NCBI RefSeq assembly: GCF_041146345.1
Contig: NW_027191417.1
Location: forward strand, 372,001 to 436,000
Reading direction: 5' to 3'
Length of the DNA: 64,000 nt
Source: Neodothiora populina
Lineage: Eukaryota
Position 1 is the first letter of the stretch, and each line of letters opens with the position of its first letter. The translations under genes were made by a program, and so were the position numbers. Shown piece after piece: positions 51,123-62,878 of the stretch. Below the pieces are notes generated by a model. That model was not told the origin of the DNA. It did no database searches and saw only the letters and a program-made list of their open reading frames with translations.

Positions 51123-52269
51123 CTACGCTGCGTCCTGAGGACCTGCCTGGCTTCTCCTCATTTTCTCAGCCTCGAGGTTTTCGTAGAGCAGATACAAGGC
51201 CTTCTCGTTGGCGCCGGAAGTGCCAGTAATGGTGAACATGCGCTCTCCTGAATCATCATGAGGAGCCTTGGCGATGGAAATGCGAGCACCGGAGCTCTTT
51301 CTGATGTCTGAGATCTTGCTTCCTCCGCGGCCAATGATGCAACCAACCATATCGGCTGGGATGCTGATGTTCTGAGTCTGAATGTCCTCGCCATCCTCGT
51401 TGGTCAATGGAGTCTGAGAGGGGCGGGTGTCGGGGTTCGTGGGGCGACGGGTATAGGTGGGGGCGGCATCGCTGAAGTCGGCACCATTGCCAGTGCGGTT
51501 GAAGGAACGTCCGTAGCTGGCGCCGTTCGTGGCAGCAGGGGCAGCACCCTGGACTCTGACAGCGGGGTTGTAGAGAACAGTGCCGTAACCGCGCTGCTCA
51601 TCGTCGACCAAGCACTTGCCAATTTCCCAGACGGCCTTTTGGATGCCTTCAGGAGTACCCTGGACCTCAACAATGCGCTCAGTGGACTGGGGGAGCATCT
51701 CCTTCTGGGCGACCATGCGGACACCGGACGCATCTTGGATCTGCTTGATTTTGAGACCTTGGCGACCAATAATGGTGCCCATCTGGTTGTGTGAGATGAG
51801 GAGACGGACAGCTGTCGAAATAAGTCAGAAGAAAGGTCTAGCATGCAAAGTGACAAATCGAGAGAGGCCTACGGTGGGTATTTGGGTTGTTAACAACTCC
51901 ACCCATGCCCATCTGAGGAGCGCCCTTCAGAAGCCCATCGGCCACAAGACCGTAAGCCTCGGCGATACCATCCAATGAACCAAGAACAGTCAGGACACGA
52001 TCGTGGACACCAGGAACAACCTTGCTCACGCCAGCGCGCACACCAGTCTTGTCGCGAAGCTCGGCGACATTCTGGCCAGCCTTGCCGATGATGACGCCTG
52101 CTTCCTTAGAGGAGACGATGGCCCTCAGAGTAAGCTGCGACTGGGCGTATTCGTCGTCGGTGCGAGGAGGGATATCGTCGTTGTTCGCATTCAAGTTGGT
52201 CATCTGCTCGGTGACATCGTCGATGCCAGCATCCTGGGCGACAGGGGAAGTGTGCTCTTCGGAAGACAT
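51123..52269 (-). CDS. Three-KH-domain RNA-binding protein (Hek2/Rnc1, hnRNP K-like)
   Basis: Three KH GxxG loops (AGVIIGKAG, MGTIIGRQG, VGCIIGRGG). Intron 51812-51872. Confidence 0.95.
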
Positions 52270-53595
52270 GATGATGATTACTGGTGGATGATAGATAACT
52301 GCAGTCCGTTTGATTGGATGTGAAGCCGGGTCGCAGGAGTAATTAAATCGTCGAGGCAATGACGAGGATCGACGCTGCGATGAATGAGGTGTGGATGGAC
52401 GGGGTTAAGCGGGAGAGTGGCTGTGGTGATGTGGAGAGAGAGAAGACGGAGAGGTGGTTGAGGTATGGAGGAAGAAGCTTGGAGAGAAGAGGGGGTGGGG
52501 TGAGAGCTGTGGATTGTGATTAGTAAATCGCAAACAAAGGGCAGTCGCGCAATGGATTGCAGTCGCTTACTGTGAGGTGGGAGGAGGGTTGGGGAGATGC
52601 GCGAGAGGGAAGGAGCGAGGCAGAGGGAGATGCGTGTCGGTGGTGAAGAGGTGGCAGGTACGAGAGGGATGGGAGATGGGAGAGGGAGATGATGAAAAGG
52701 CGTGGGAGGTAACAGGGTGGCAGCAGCAGTTTGCGTCAAGGTGGAGGTGGAGCAGCTACCTCAGCTTGGCTACAGCGCAAACACCCCCAGGCTCCTGGAG
52801 GGCTCCTAGAGCGCTCCTAAAGGCTCCAAAGGGTTCGAGAATTCAAGAAAGTGGCGGGACATGCATGTGATGAGCACTGATTGGCCAGGGCCGTGCAAGC
52901 CAGGGAGCATACTCCCCGGTATTTCTGCTGGTGCTACCAAGAAAGTGTGCATGCAAAGGGGAGGTATGCTGTCATGTGTTGTTGTATTTTACAGTCTTTG
53001 GCAGCTTGATACATCATTCGATGTTTTCCTAAAGATCGTCTTCGACCATCAATCTACTTATTACAGCACGAACGTGCCAAATCGCTACTTTACTTGATGT
53101 ACTGAGCACGCAGGGACAAATCTCAGCCGAGGGGCTGGCAGATTAGGCGTATATGCTTCGATGCCGTAATATGCGATTAGCACAGAATTTCCTTGCGCTC
53201 ACGATTTGTCCTGGGGATTGATCATGTTCTACAGACAGGCGCAAACATGTTGTCGGGACTGGTGACCTTTGGCAATGTGCAAGCAAACCTTGAAAGGTAA
53301 GGTAAGGTACCTTGCATCAAGAGGAGAAGCATTGTCGGGGATGTGAATTAGTGCTCCCGCTGCGAATTCGCACAGACCAACTCCGCGAAAGTCAAGTACT
53401 TTGTAGAAGCAGAGTCTTGGCAATGAAGAAGCCCTTGAACATTGAACATTCGGAGCCGCCAGCAGTATCTGAGGCGGCTGTAATTGCAATTGCAACAACA
53501 CCGATTGCCGCAGCACCGTCATATCAGTACGTCGACTTCGAATCGGAGGAGCATCTAGCTGTGCCGTCAGACACGCAGAAACGAACACCCACACA

Positions 53596-54478
53596 ATGTC
53601 AGCACCCTCTGCGCTGCTCAGCCGGACGTGGCACGGCGCCGTGAACCCGCGACAGTCTACACTTCCACCGGCCTTCCTGTTACCCTCCTTCTTCTGCATC
53701 CAGTCGTCGTCTTTCTCAACGTCATCTCCGCTCTCTGGACGTCGTGACAACAACAGAAACCGAGGTGTTTCGGCACTCCGTTCCACAGGTCCCCGCAAGA
53801 GGCAGACTCTCTCCGTCAAAGTCGAAGACCTACCGAAACCTGTCCCCGAGGTCGAGCGATCGCAGATTCAAGTCGACCCTGAACATGGACTGTGGCAATT
53901 CTTCAACCGCGAAAGGACTCCTTTTGCCACTCCAGAGTACAACAACGCACACGGAAGAGCGTGGACGGTGCACGAGCTGAGAAACAAGGACTGGGAGGAA
54001 TTACACAGACTGTGGTGGGTGTGCATCAAGGAGAGAAACAGATTGAGCACGGAAGAGAGGGAGAGGCAAAGAGTCGATGCCGGTTACGGTGAACATGAGA
54101 CTGTCACAAGAGACAAGGAGGTAAGATTTGCAGTACATGTTGGCAGGAACATATCGCTGATCATCCCCACAGGTTCGAATCACAATGCGTGGTATCAAAC
54201 ATGTGCTTACCGAAAGATGGTACGCTTGGGAAGACGCGCGAAAGATTGCTGCCAGAGACCCGGAGGTCAACCTTGCCCCTGAGGCCGGTGAGCCTGCCTA
54301 CAACCCTCGCTCGTTCGAGGTTGATGTATGTTCGAATCTCATGTGTTGATACTGCGATTGTGCGATTGACTCTCTACAGGAATACTCCGAGGATGAACTT
54401 CTGGACCGAGAGCAATCATCCAGACAGTCACAGGTGCCCCCGGCGCAGACTGGCACACGTTCAGAAGCAAGACTTTAG
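53596..54478 (+). CDS. MRPL4: Mitochondrial large ribosomal subunit protein L4 (uL29m / MRP-L47)
   Basis: Presequence, [39 protein letters not shown] and [13 protein letters not shown]. Introns 54121-54172 and 54326-54379. Confidence 0.93.
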
Positions 54479-54999
54479 AGTGACTTGTTAGACTCGAGAC
54501 TCGATTCAAGGAGAGAATAAATGGATGAAGCCACCCATCATCCGCATTGTAAAATTAGGTAAATTTAGGTGTGCCATAACGAGGAAGGATATGTGGCTGT
54601 ACAACAATGCCATCATCTCAAAAAAAAAGAGAAGGGAAATAGTCCTCAGAGATTGTATGAGCATGACTCTTCTGGCTCCGACCTGACTACATGTATCCTG
54701 CAATCTCGCTGCAATGTTCCAATGTTCCAGGCTGCACCGAATAAATAAAAGATGCTCGACCAGAGTTGCAATTTATGTCTTGGCACAGCCCATTTCCCTT
54801 GAAATGGAGGCTCGAGAAGCTCAGACGTCACCGAAAGCACAAGCTCGCCCCCCCAAAAGGGAAGGGCCCAACTGCTGTGGCCTGTCTCCCTGAGCTGTTC
54901 CCTCGTCCTTCTATAGAATAATCCAACTATCACAAGACATTCGTCACCTCCCTTTTTTCCATAAGATCTATACCCTTCACACCTCTGCAAACAGCAATC

Positions 55000-56807
55000 A
55001 TGGATGAGATTGCGCCCGAGTACGATGTCGTTGTCATGGGCACTGGTATGTCGAACCCCGCATCTGCTCATTACATGGCGGTCAGGTTGACTGACGTCTG
55101 AATTCACAGGCCTCACTGAGTGTATTCTCTCTGGGTTAGCATAACATTAAAACTAGCCACTCACCTCCTTGGGAACTGACGTCGACTCTAGAGTGCTGAG
55201 TGTCAAGGGCAAGAAGGTGTTGCACATTGATCGCAACGACCACTACGGAGGGTACGAGGACATTGACCTTTCCTGATACACATTTCAAGTGTATGCTGAC
55301 ACGGAAACAGTGAAGCTGCCTCCTTGAACATCGAAGCTGTATGAGTGACCTGTGTCTCAATCCTTCCTTCGTCACACTCACATCTCGCAGCTTTTCAAGA
55401 AGTACGGCAACTACCCAGAGGGCACCGAGCCATGGAAGAAGTACGGTCGTGCAAACGACTGGAACATCGATCTTGTCCCCAAGCTCCTCATGTCCAACGG
55501 GGAGCTCACCAACATCCTCGTCTCCACCGATGTCACCAGATACCTCGAGTTCAAGCAGATCGCAGGCAGTTATGTCCAGCAGAGCAGCGGTGCCAAGGCC
55601 ACTGTGGCCAAGGTTCCCTCGGACGCCAGCGAGGCCCTGCGAAGCCCTTTGATGGGTCTATTCGAGAAGAGGAGAGCCAGAAACTTTTTGGAGTTTGTCG
55701 GCTCGTACAAGGAGGATGATCCGGCCACACACAAGGGTGAGTGAAGCGGTCCTGCTGCGCTGAACAAGGCACGCTGACACAACGCACAAAAGGTCTGGAC
55801 ATCAACAACAGCACCATGAAGGACGTCTACGACAAGTTCGGTTTGGAGGCTACCACTCGTGACTTCATCGGACACAGCATGGCCCTGTACACGACCGACG
55901 ACTACATCAACAAGAAGGGCATGGCCGAGGATGCTATCCAGCGTATCAGACTCTACGTGAACTCCATGGCCCGCTACGGAAAGTCGCCTTACATCTACCC
56001 TCTCTACGGCTTAGGCGAGCTCCCCCAAGGCTTCGCCCGTCTTTCTGCCATTTACGGCGGTACCTACATGCTCAACGCCCACGTTGACGAGGTCCTCACG
56101 GATGCAAGCGGCAAGGTTTCTGGTATCAAGGCGACGATGAAAGAGCGCGACCAAGACGGCCCCGGCATGTCCTTCGAGACCAAGACCAAGAAGATTCTTG
56201 CAGACCCCTCATACTTCCCAGACAAGGTCCGCCCTATTGGTCACTTGTTGAAGGCCATTTGCATCTTGAACCACCCCATTGACAAGACCGATAACTCGGA
56301 TTCTCTTCAACTCATCCTTCCCCAGTCCCAGATTGGCAGGAAAAACGGTACGTGTTTCTTTGAGCTTTTGTGGCAATCACCTGGTCTGTTCTGACGTCAG
56401 TAGATATCTACATTGCCATGGTTTCATGGGCACACAACGTTGCTCCCAAGGGCTACTACATTGCCATCGTCTCCACAATTGCCGAGACTGACAGCAACCA
56501 CCACCTCGAGCTCCAAGCCGGTCTCGAGAGACTCGGCAAGATTGAGGAGAAGTTCATGGGCCCTCCCATCCCCATCTACGAGCCTATCGAGAGTGGCGAG
56601 AATGACAACGTTTTCATTTCCAAGAGCTACGACGCCACATCTCACTTTGAGACAACGACAGGTACGATTCACCAAGGTTCCACGTTTACCACAGATGATG
56701 CTAACGATTCCACAGACGATGTGAGAGACATCTACCGTAGAGCAGAGGGCGAGGAGCTCAAGGTGGAGGGCCTCAGAGAGGGACAGAACCTCGTTGCCGA
56801 AGAGTAG
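55000..56807 (+). CDS. GDI1: Rab GDP-dissociation inhibitor
   Basis: Eight exons, with introns 55046-55109, 55135-55191, 55252-55310, 55339-55390, 55737-55792, 56348-56403 and 56662-56715. Motifs YDVVVMGTGLTECILSG, HIDRNDHYGG, WNIDLVPK and SPYIYPLYGLGELPQGFARLSA. Confidence 0.98.
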
Positions 56808-57202
56808 ATGGAAGCGTGACCGTGCTTGATAGTTCCAAGTTTTAGGCGTATATTGGGATGGGGATATGCATGCAATCGAAAGAGCGTGAGACAGAGCAAA
56901 CAACAATACCATTCTAGTGCAATCATTCGAAATCAACCTTTTTTTGAGCCTGCAAGCCATGTCCATAGATCTGGGTTTAGAAAACACCACGATGTCAAGT
57001 CGTGCAATTACTGGACGTGATCCATTAGGGAAGGCACGCAGATATACGCGCTCGACGCGGGGACTCGCGTCAGGCAACTTCACACGAGCAAATGCCGTAC
57101 TTTCATGAAAAGAAAATATAACACATCACTTTTGACTGAAGTAAACTCAAAGACTGTAAGATGCATATGGTGCCTGCTATAATATAGGGATAAATCGCAG
57201 GT

Positions 57203-58510
57203 ATGCAGAGTTTCGTACATCGCGGAACGGGATCACCAAAGCCTGCCTCACAACGACGGGGTGGTACACCCAACCCTGCAGACTTCAAACTTCCTCTACC
57301 GCGGACTATACGCGTCAAGAATGAGCACCACAGAGAGCGCTCAGGACACCATCAGCAGCAACAAGATGGCATCAAACACGAGAATCTGTTCGATAGTGAC
57401 ATCGGCAGTATTGCCGACACCACGACGGATCTGAACGACCAGGTAGATGAAGCCGGCGGCAGCCAAAGCTTGACAGAGGTTCACGGGCAGTCGATGAACG
57501 GTGGCAATGATGCGAATGGCAACGATGTCGACGATGCCGAATCAACAGACGACGAGGCCATTGATTACCAGGCACTCGATGGGCAAAAGTTCACATTCTC
57601 AAAAAGGGACAATCCTGATATGTTCGCTCGGTATATGGCTCAATTCAATGAGCAACAGATCGAGGGAGCGATGACTGATGCCGATTCGTATCCTGATACC
57701 ACTTCTGGAAACATCAGTGTTCCCGATACTGAAGTTACAGCTTATTCAAAACCTCGTATTGTTCCTTATCACATTGCCGCTGAGCCGGCAGCGAACTACT
57801 TGCCCGCTGTCCAGCGAGGTCCTCCCATGGCTATGACTGTAGAGACAAAGTATGCTCCAACAAGGAACAATGCATCTGATATAAGTGCGATGCATCAACA
57901 GAACCCATACATAACCGGTGCGGACCACATCGAGCACGAGGTTACTGTCACACCCACGAAAGCATCGAAAGCGCCGACGATGCCACTAGAACATGGCCAG
58001 CGACAGCATCAAACAGTATCGGACACAAGGTTTGATCAGCATGCAAGTGGGAATGGCGCGATGGACGTGGAGCCTCTCCTTGACTATGACGAGGCGGACT
58101 TGTACAAAAAGGAATTCTCCCAACTCCAAGCTGCTGACTATGACACGGATCCCCGCAGCAAAGGGAGGCAACTTCCACAACCCATACCTCCAGAGGAATT
58201 ACACGATCAACTGTCGGCACTCATCAGGGCTGATGCTCAGCAGCAAAAGGACTTCATGTGTAGTCTGAATCTAGATGAGTGGGAGGAAGCAGGTGACTGG
58301 TTCATGGATCAGTTTTCCGGAATACTCAAGAGATTCAAGGAGCAGAGACGCGAGAAGCGAAAGCTTTCACGAGGGTTCGAAGAGCAAATTGCCAGCCGAC
58401 ACGAGGCAGTGGCGCAGAAGAAAGAATCGACAGAAGAAGCTCTGGATGCTATGAAAGGAGCCGGTGTCAATGTTCTAAACACGCCAAAGAAGACGAAGAT
58501 GAAGGATTAG
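57203..58510 (+). CDS. ECM11-domain protein
   Basis: Disordered N-terminus. C-terminal LDYDEADLY..LQAADYDTDP..LNLDEWEEAGDWFMDQF plus a coiled coil, resembling the Ecm11 C-terminal domain. Confidence 0.7.
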   Translation: MQSFVHRGTGSPKPASQRRGGTPNPADFKLPLPRTIRVKNEHHRERSGHHQQQQDGIKHENLFDSDIGSIADTTTDLNDQVDEAGGSQSLTEVHGQSMNGGNDANGNDVDDAESTDDEAIDYQALDGQKFTFSKRDNPDMFARYMAQFNEQQIEGAMTDADSYPDTTSGNISVPDTEVTAYSKPRIVPYHIAAEPAANYLPAVQRGPPMAMTVETKYAPTRNNASDISAMHQQNPYITGADHIEHEVTVTPTKASKAPTMPLEHGQRQHQTVSDTRFDQHASGNGAMDVEPLLDYDEADLYKKEFSQLQAADYDTDPRSKGRQLPQPIPPEELHDQLSALIRADAQQQKDFMCSLNLDEWEEAGDWFMDQFSGILKRFKEQRREKRKLSRGFEEQIASRHEAVAQKKESTEEALDAMKGAGVNVLNTPKKTKMKD

Positions 58511-58548
58511 CATGTTCGTGCACTGGGCTAGAGTGTTTTGCTAAGAGG

Positions 58549-58568
58549 ATATATATATATATATATAT
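58549..58568. repeat. (AT)10 microsatellite
   Basis: Seen directly. Confidence 0.95.
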
Positions 58569-59606
58569 ACAGGTATACATACATGGGCAGCTATATTGCA
58601 TGCTCGAGGAGATTATGTGAGGTTGCACGATACCCCTGTAACACCGCTCCGTCTGCAGTGCGGCAAAGTAGATGGATGGCTGCTTTGCAACATAGGCTTC
58701 CATTCACCATCGATATGCTGTAGATGTCACAGTACGACATGGTACGATACGGGGAGACCTGCACTGATTTCATCCTACTGTAATTCCGACTCTTCCCTGA
58801 GCGAGCGTGATGACCCCGCGGGAATGGCGTCAATATGTACAGTACAAGGAATGGAGTTTAAAGTTATAAGCTAAGGGGAGGGCAAAGGCGGGATGCAGCC
58901 TTGTCCCTCTTCCCTTTTCTCTGCGGTGCAAGACAAGAAGCCGAAAAGGGCCTCTGTTCCGTTCCGCAGGGCATTGACTAGAGCGATTGCTCGTTAGAGC
59001 CAAAGATTAGGCAAAAGTCTAAGCCAGAGTTCGCCTCTACAGTACAGTAGAGTGAAAGGGTCTGGATGGTCTTTCTCGCATCTTGTGTTAATTTTGTGTG
59101 TCAGATGACGAATCACTCATACAAGCATACCTTGTGGTACCACTAAATCAACAACGACGTCGACAACTACGACAACTGCCTTTCTCCACCAAGTGCCGCC
59201 GGGCAGTGTACAGCAAGTACGCTATTTTTCAGCAGCGATAATACTAAGGTAGGGAAAGTGGTCAGACTACGGAGTACTTGTCATCATTTCATATCCACAC
59301 GGACTTCACGATAATTACCTTCCCTACATTGCTTGTGCTGCATCTGCACAACCCACCCTTGCCCCCCGGATCTCATTGCCGTCGCGCTTTCCCTTTTTCC
59401 TTGTCGCATGTGATTATTCATTACACAGGAAAATCAAAGGAGATAGGAAAGGAAAAAAGAGGTCCATGATTATGTCGCCCATCATCTTGATCATGTCGTG
59501 GTCCAGTACCTGTTCTTGAAAGCGAACGGCAGCTGCACATCGTTATTCATATCACATCGACCTTTGAATCAGACACTCCTGTTGTTCAATCGATTACTCA
59601 GCGATC

Positions 59607-61805
59607 ATGACGACCGTCTTCTCCGCTTTGCCCATGACCAAGGGCAGAGGGTTCCTGCCTCGCACCGGCTTCTTCGCCAAAGGCAAATATCCAGAGGAGG
59701 CTCCGGATGATTCCAAGTACTTCGATCCCGACGAAGACGACGAGACGACATTGACAAGGACGACGACCTCGGACACGATTGTCAAAGCAGAGCAGCTCTC
59801 TGCACAAGAACCGGACTTGAGACAATTCAATGATGCCTTACGGGTACTGGTCGATGTCTTCCCGGACGTTGAACCTGAGGTCTTCCGAGAGATGCTCGTC
59901 AATCTGAGTCAGGAGAGCAGGCTAGAAGTGGTGACGGAGCATTTGCTGAGGGATGGTGTCAAGTTTGTTCAGGGCCGATACAGGAGGAGGAACAACGCTG
60001 CCGCCGCCGCCACGGCAAAGGAAGAAGACAGGAAACCGAGGGAAGAGAAGGCATTGCGCCAGGAAGACACTTTCCGAAGCGAAGAATACAAGGCAGCGGT
60101 CAAACTCGCCTTTTACCAGGAATTCAAGAGTCTGAGCCACTCTGCCATTCGTGCAGTCCTCGCCGAGCACAACTACTCTTACACTTTGTCGCGCCCTACA
60201 CTGCAACAGATCCATTCGAGGTCGTGGAGGGCGACCATCACCAACTTCTGGACACGCAAGAGGGGGAACACCCTGGAAGCCGAGAGTCATCCGCTCATAG
60301 AGTGGCAGCCAGACCTGACGGGCAGCGGCCGTGTTCTGCCGTGTCTTAATAGGACCAAGAGTCACGAACTCAACCGCGAACTGTACGCCACCTTTGTCGC
60401 TCCTCTTCTTGCCGCCAGTAAGGACGAACTGTTTCGAAGAGATCAGGCTCTCGCCGATGAGCTGAACGAAGCCGAGGCCACCGAGGCTCAGGCATTGTAT
60501 GACTGCGAATGCTGCTACTCGTCTACCACCTTTGAGCAGATTGCTACCTGCGACGACGGCTGTCACTATGTCTGCTTTACTTGCATCAGACATACCACCA
60601 ACGAGGCTCTGTACGGCCAAGGCTGGGCTCGGAGTGTCGACCTCGGGAAAGCATCACTCCGCTGTCTCGCTCCTGCTCTTGACGAATGCCAGGGCTGCAT
60701 ACCTGCTCAGCTGGTCAAACGAGCACTCTTCACCACCAAAGAAGGCCAGCACACTTGGCACACCTTCCAAGACCGTGTCGCTTCCGAGACGATGACTAAA
60801 AGTCGACTACCTCTCCTCAAATGTCCTTTCTGTCCCTATGCCGAATTAGACGAGCTACCGTCTATTTCATTTCGCGACCCCATCACCGTCATCTTCCAAC
60901 AAGCCGGACATATACCCCATGATCCTTACATCGCCCTCGGTGTCTTGGTCTTTTTGCTTCTCTACCCTATACTATTTTTACTGTTACCCATTACTTTAAT
61001 CATCATTATACTGACCTCGAAAGCCTTTCACGCCCGTCTACGCAGCTCACAAGCTCGCGTTTTGCACAAACGACGAGGCTTGAAATTCACATGTCTCTCG
61101 CCATCGTGTCAGCGACTCTCATGCACAAACTGCCATGCCGCCTGGCAAGATCCCCACAGCTGCTTTTCTTCCGACTCGCCAACCTCGGGCGATCCCTCTT
61201 CCAGCAATTCCCAACCCACATCCCCGCTCCAGTCTCTGAGGCACGCAATCGAAACAGCAACAACACAATCCATCAAACGCACCTGCCCCAAGTGCAATCT
61301 ATCCTTCATCAAGTCCTCAGGCTGCAACAAACTCGTGTGCCGGTGCGGCTACACAATGTGCTACATCTGCCGCTGCGAGATTTCTCACCGCGAAGGTTAC
61401 AGCCACTTCTGCCAGCACTTCCGCGACCGCCCAGGTACGAGGTGCCAGGAATGCGACAAGTGCGACTTGTACGTGGCGGAGAACGAAGATGACATTCTCA
61501 AATCGGCGGCCAAGGAGGCGGAGATCAAGTGGCTGGAGGGCGAAAAGGAACGGCTTGGCGGCGACAACGCCGTCGAGAGGGATAGACATGTCTATGGGGG
61601 TGTGGTGAGGGATGTCCTGAGAGGCGGCGTCGCTGGTTCCTCGTCTAGCCGTCGTGGCGGCGGCGGTACTGCTAGTGGGGGTGGCAGAGCAGGAAGAGGA
61701 GCAGTAGGCCGACGACAACAAGGCCGAGGCGGAGCGGGACAGAGGAACTGGACGTGGGAGCTGGATTTTCTTCTCGACGTCTTTTTCGAAACTTGTCTCG
61801 TTTGA
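59607..61805 (+). CDS. RBR (RING-IBR-RING) E3 ubiquitin ligase, RNF216/TRIAD3-like, with N-terminal CUE-like motif
   Basis: VDVFPDV CUE-like motif, RING1 (CECC..C..HYVCFTC..C..C), IBR (CPFC..C..PSC..CTNC..H.C) and RING2 (CPKC..FIKSSGCNKLVCRCGYTMCYICR..YSHF). Confidence 0.88.
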   Translation: MTTVFSALPMTKGRGFLPRTGFFAKGKYPEEAPDDSKYFDPDEDDETTLTRTTTSDTIVKAEQLSAQEPDLRQFNDALRVLVDVFPDVEPEVFREMLVNLSQESRLEVVTEHLLRDGVKFVQGRYRRRNNAAAAATAKEEDRKPREEKALRQEDTFRSEEYKAAVKLAFYQEFKSLSHSAIRAVLAEHNYSYTLSRPTLQQIHSRSWRATITNFWTRKRGNTLEAESHPLIEWQPDLTGSGRVLPCLNRTKSHELNRELYATFVAPLLAASKDELFRRDQALADELNEAEATEAQALYDCECCYSSTTFEQIATCDDGCHYVCFTCIRHTTNEALYGQGWARSVDLGKASLRCLAPALDECQGCIPAQLVKRALFTTKEGQHTWHTFQDRVASETMTKSRLPLLKCPFCPYAELDELPSISFRDPITVIFQQAGHIPHDPYIALGVLVFLLLYPILFLLLPITLIIIILTSKAFHARLRSSQARVLHKRRGLKFTCLSPSCQRLSCTNCHAAWQDPHSCFSSDSPTSGDPSSSNSQPTSPLQSLRHAIETATTQSIKRTCPKCNLSFIKSSGCNKLVCRCGYTMCYICRCEISHREGYSHFCQHFRDRPGTRCQECDKCDLYVAENEDDILKSAAKEAEIKWLEGEKERLGGDNAVERDRHVYGGVVRDVLRGGVAGSSSSRRGGGGTASGGGRAGRGAVGRRQQGRGGAGQRNWTWELDFLLDVFFETCLV

Positions 61806-62878
61806 GGGGTTCTTCGGGTACAACTCCTCTCTTTCCCGCTTCATCACTCTCACATCCAGTCCCTATCTTTTCACGCATACACAGTCTACCGAAATATCCG
61901 GTTGGCATTGCATGGTTCAGCATGGTCTAGCATAAGACAACAGAACACAGCACATCACATCATCAGCATAACATAGCGTTTCCGCAAAGCAAAGGGAAAA
62001 GAGGAAAAAGCAAGGGCAAACGGAGGAACACATTCAAGGTGGCGGCGCATTGGAGCGATATTGGCGTTATTCTTTTTCTTTTCTCCCTCTGTTGCCATCT
62101 TTCCAACTTCGAATGTACCTAATTATCTAACAATCGACTTTGGCCTATTAATACTTAATCCAACACTATTTGCACTGCACGTCACCATTTCTCTGCGTCG
62201 CGGCCTCTCTCTTCCCTCTACCTATCCCCCTCCATGGGCCCGTCCGTGAACCCTCCCACGAGAACCACGACGTCGACTCATATACATGACGACGTCGCGA
62301 GGTCGACGTACTGTACGTGTCCAGCACCAGATTGTGACCGAGGACAAAAGGACATTGAATGAGATGTCTGGTCTTGTCGACACGTATCGAACTTGCGAAG
62401 GGCTTGGTGTATAAGGTACGGTAAGGGACGTTGCCGTTAGACGGGTATGGCCCATGAGTCGGGAGATGGACCACGTCACTTGAGAATCAGAGATGTGGCT
62501 GGGGAGAGCAATGATGGATGAAGTGGTAGGATGAGGGAGAAAAAGACTCGCGTGTTCGTGATAGAAATCGATGAGATATATGGAGATAGTTCCTCAAGAC
62601 TCCGATGCTAGCCTGCTGGCTGTGGCTGTGCGATTCAAGTGCCCCTAGTGCGATCGCAGTGCGATATGTGTATGTACCCGGCCATGTCCGCCCATCACAT
62701 TCATCTCCACCTGCAGAGACAAAGAAACAAGAAACGGAAGACGACATGAAAAGCGATGGCTTGGTCTTAAAACTCCTGTCCCGTGTCAATGTATGAAGCA
62801 ACCATATGAGCCCACGTCCCGTGGTGACTGAGGCGATTGAAGTGAGCAGAGAGAATAAACTTAGAAGAAAGGGATACT

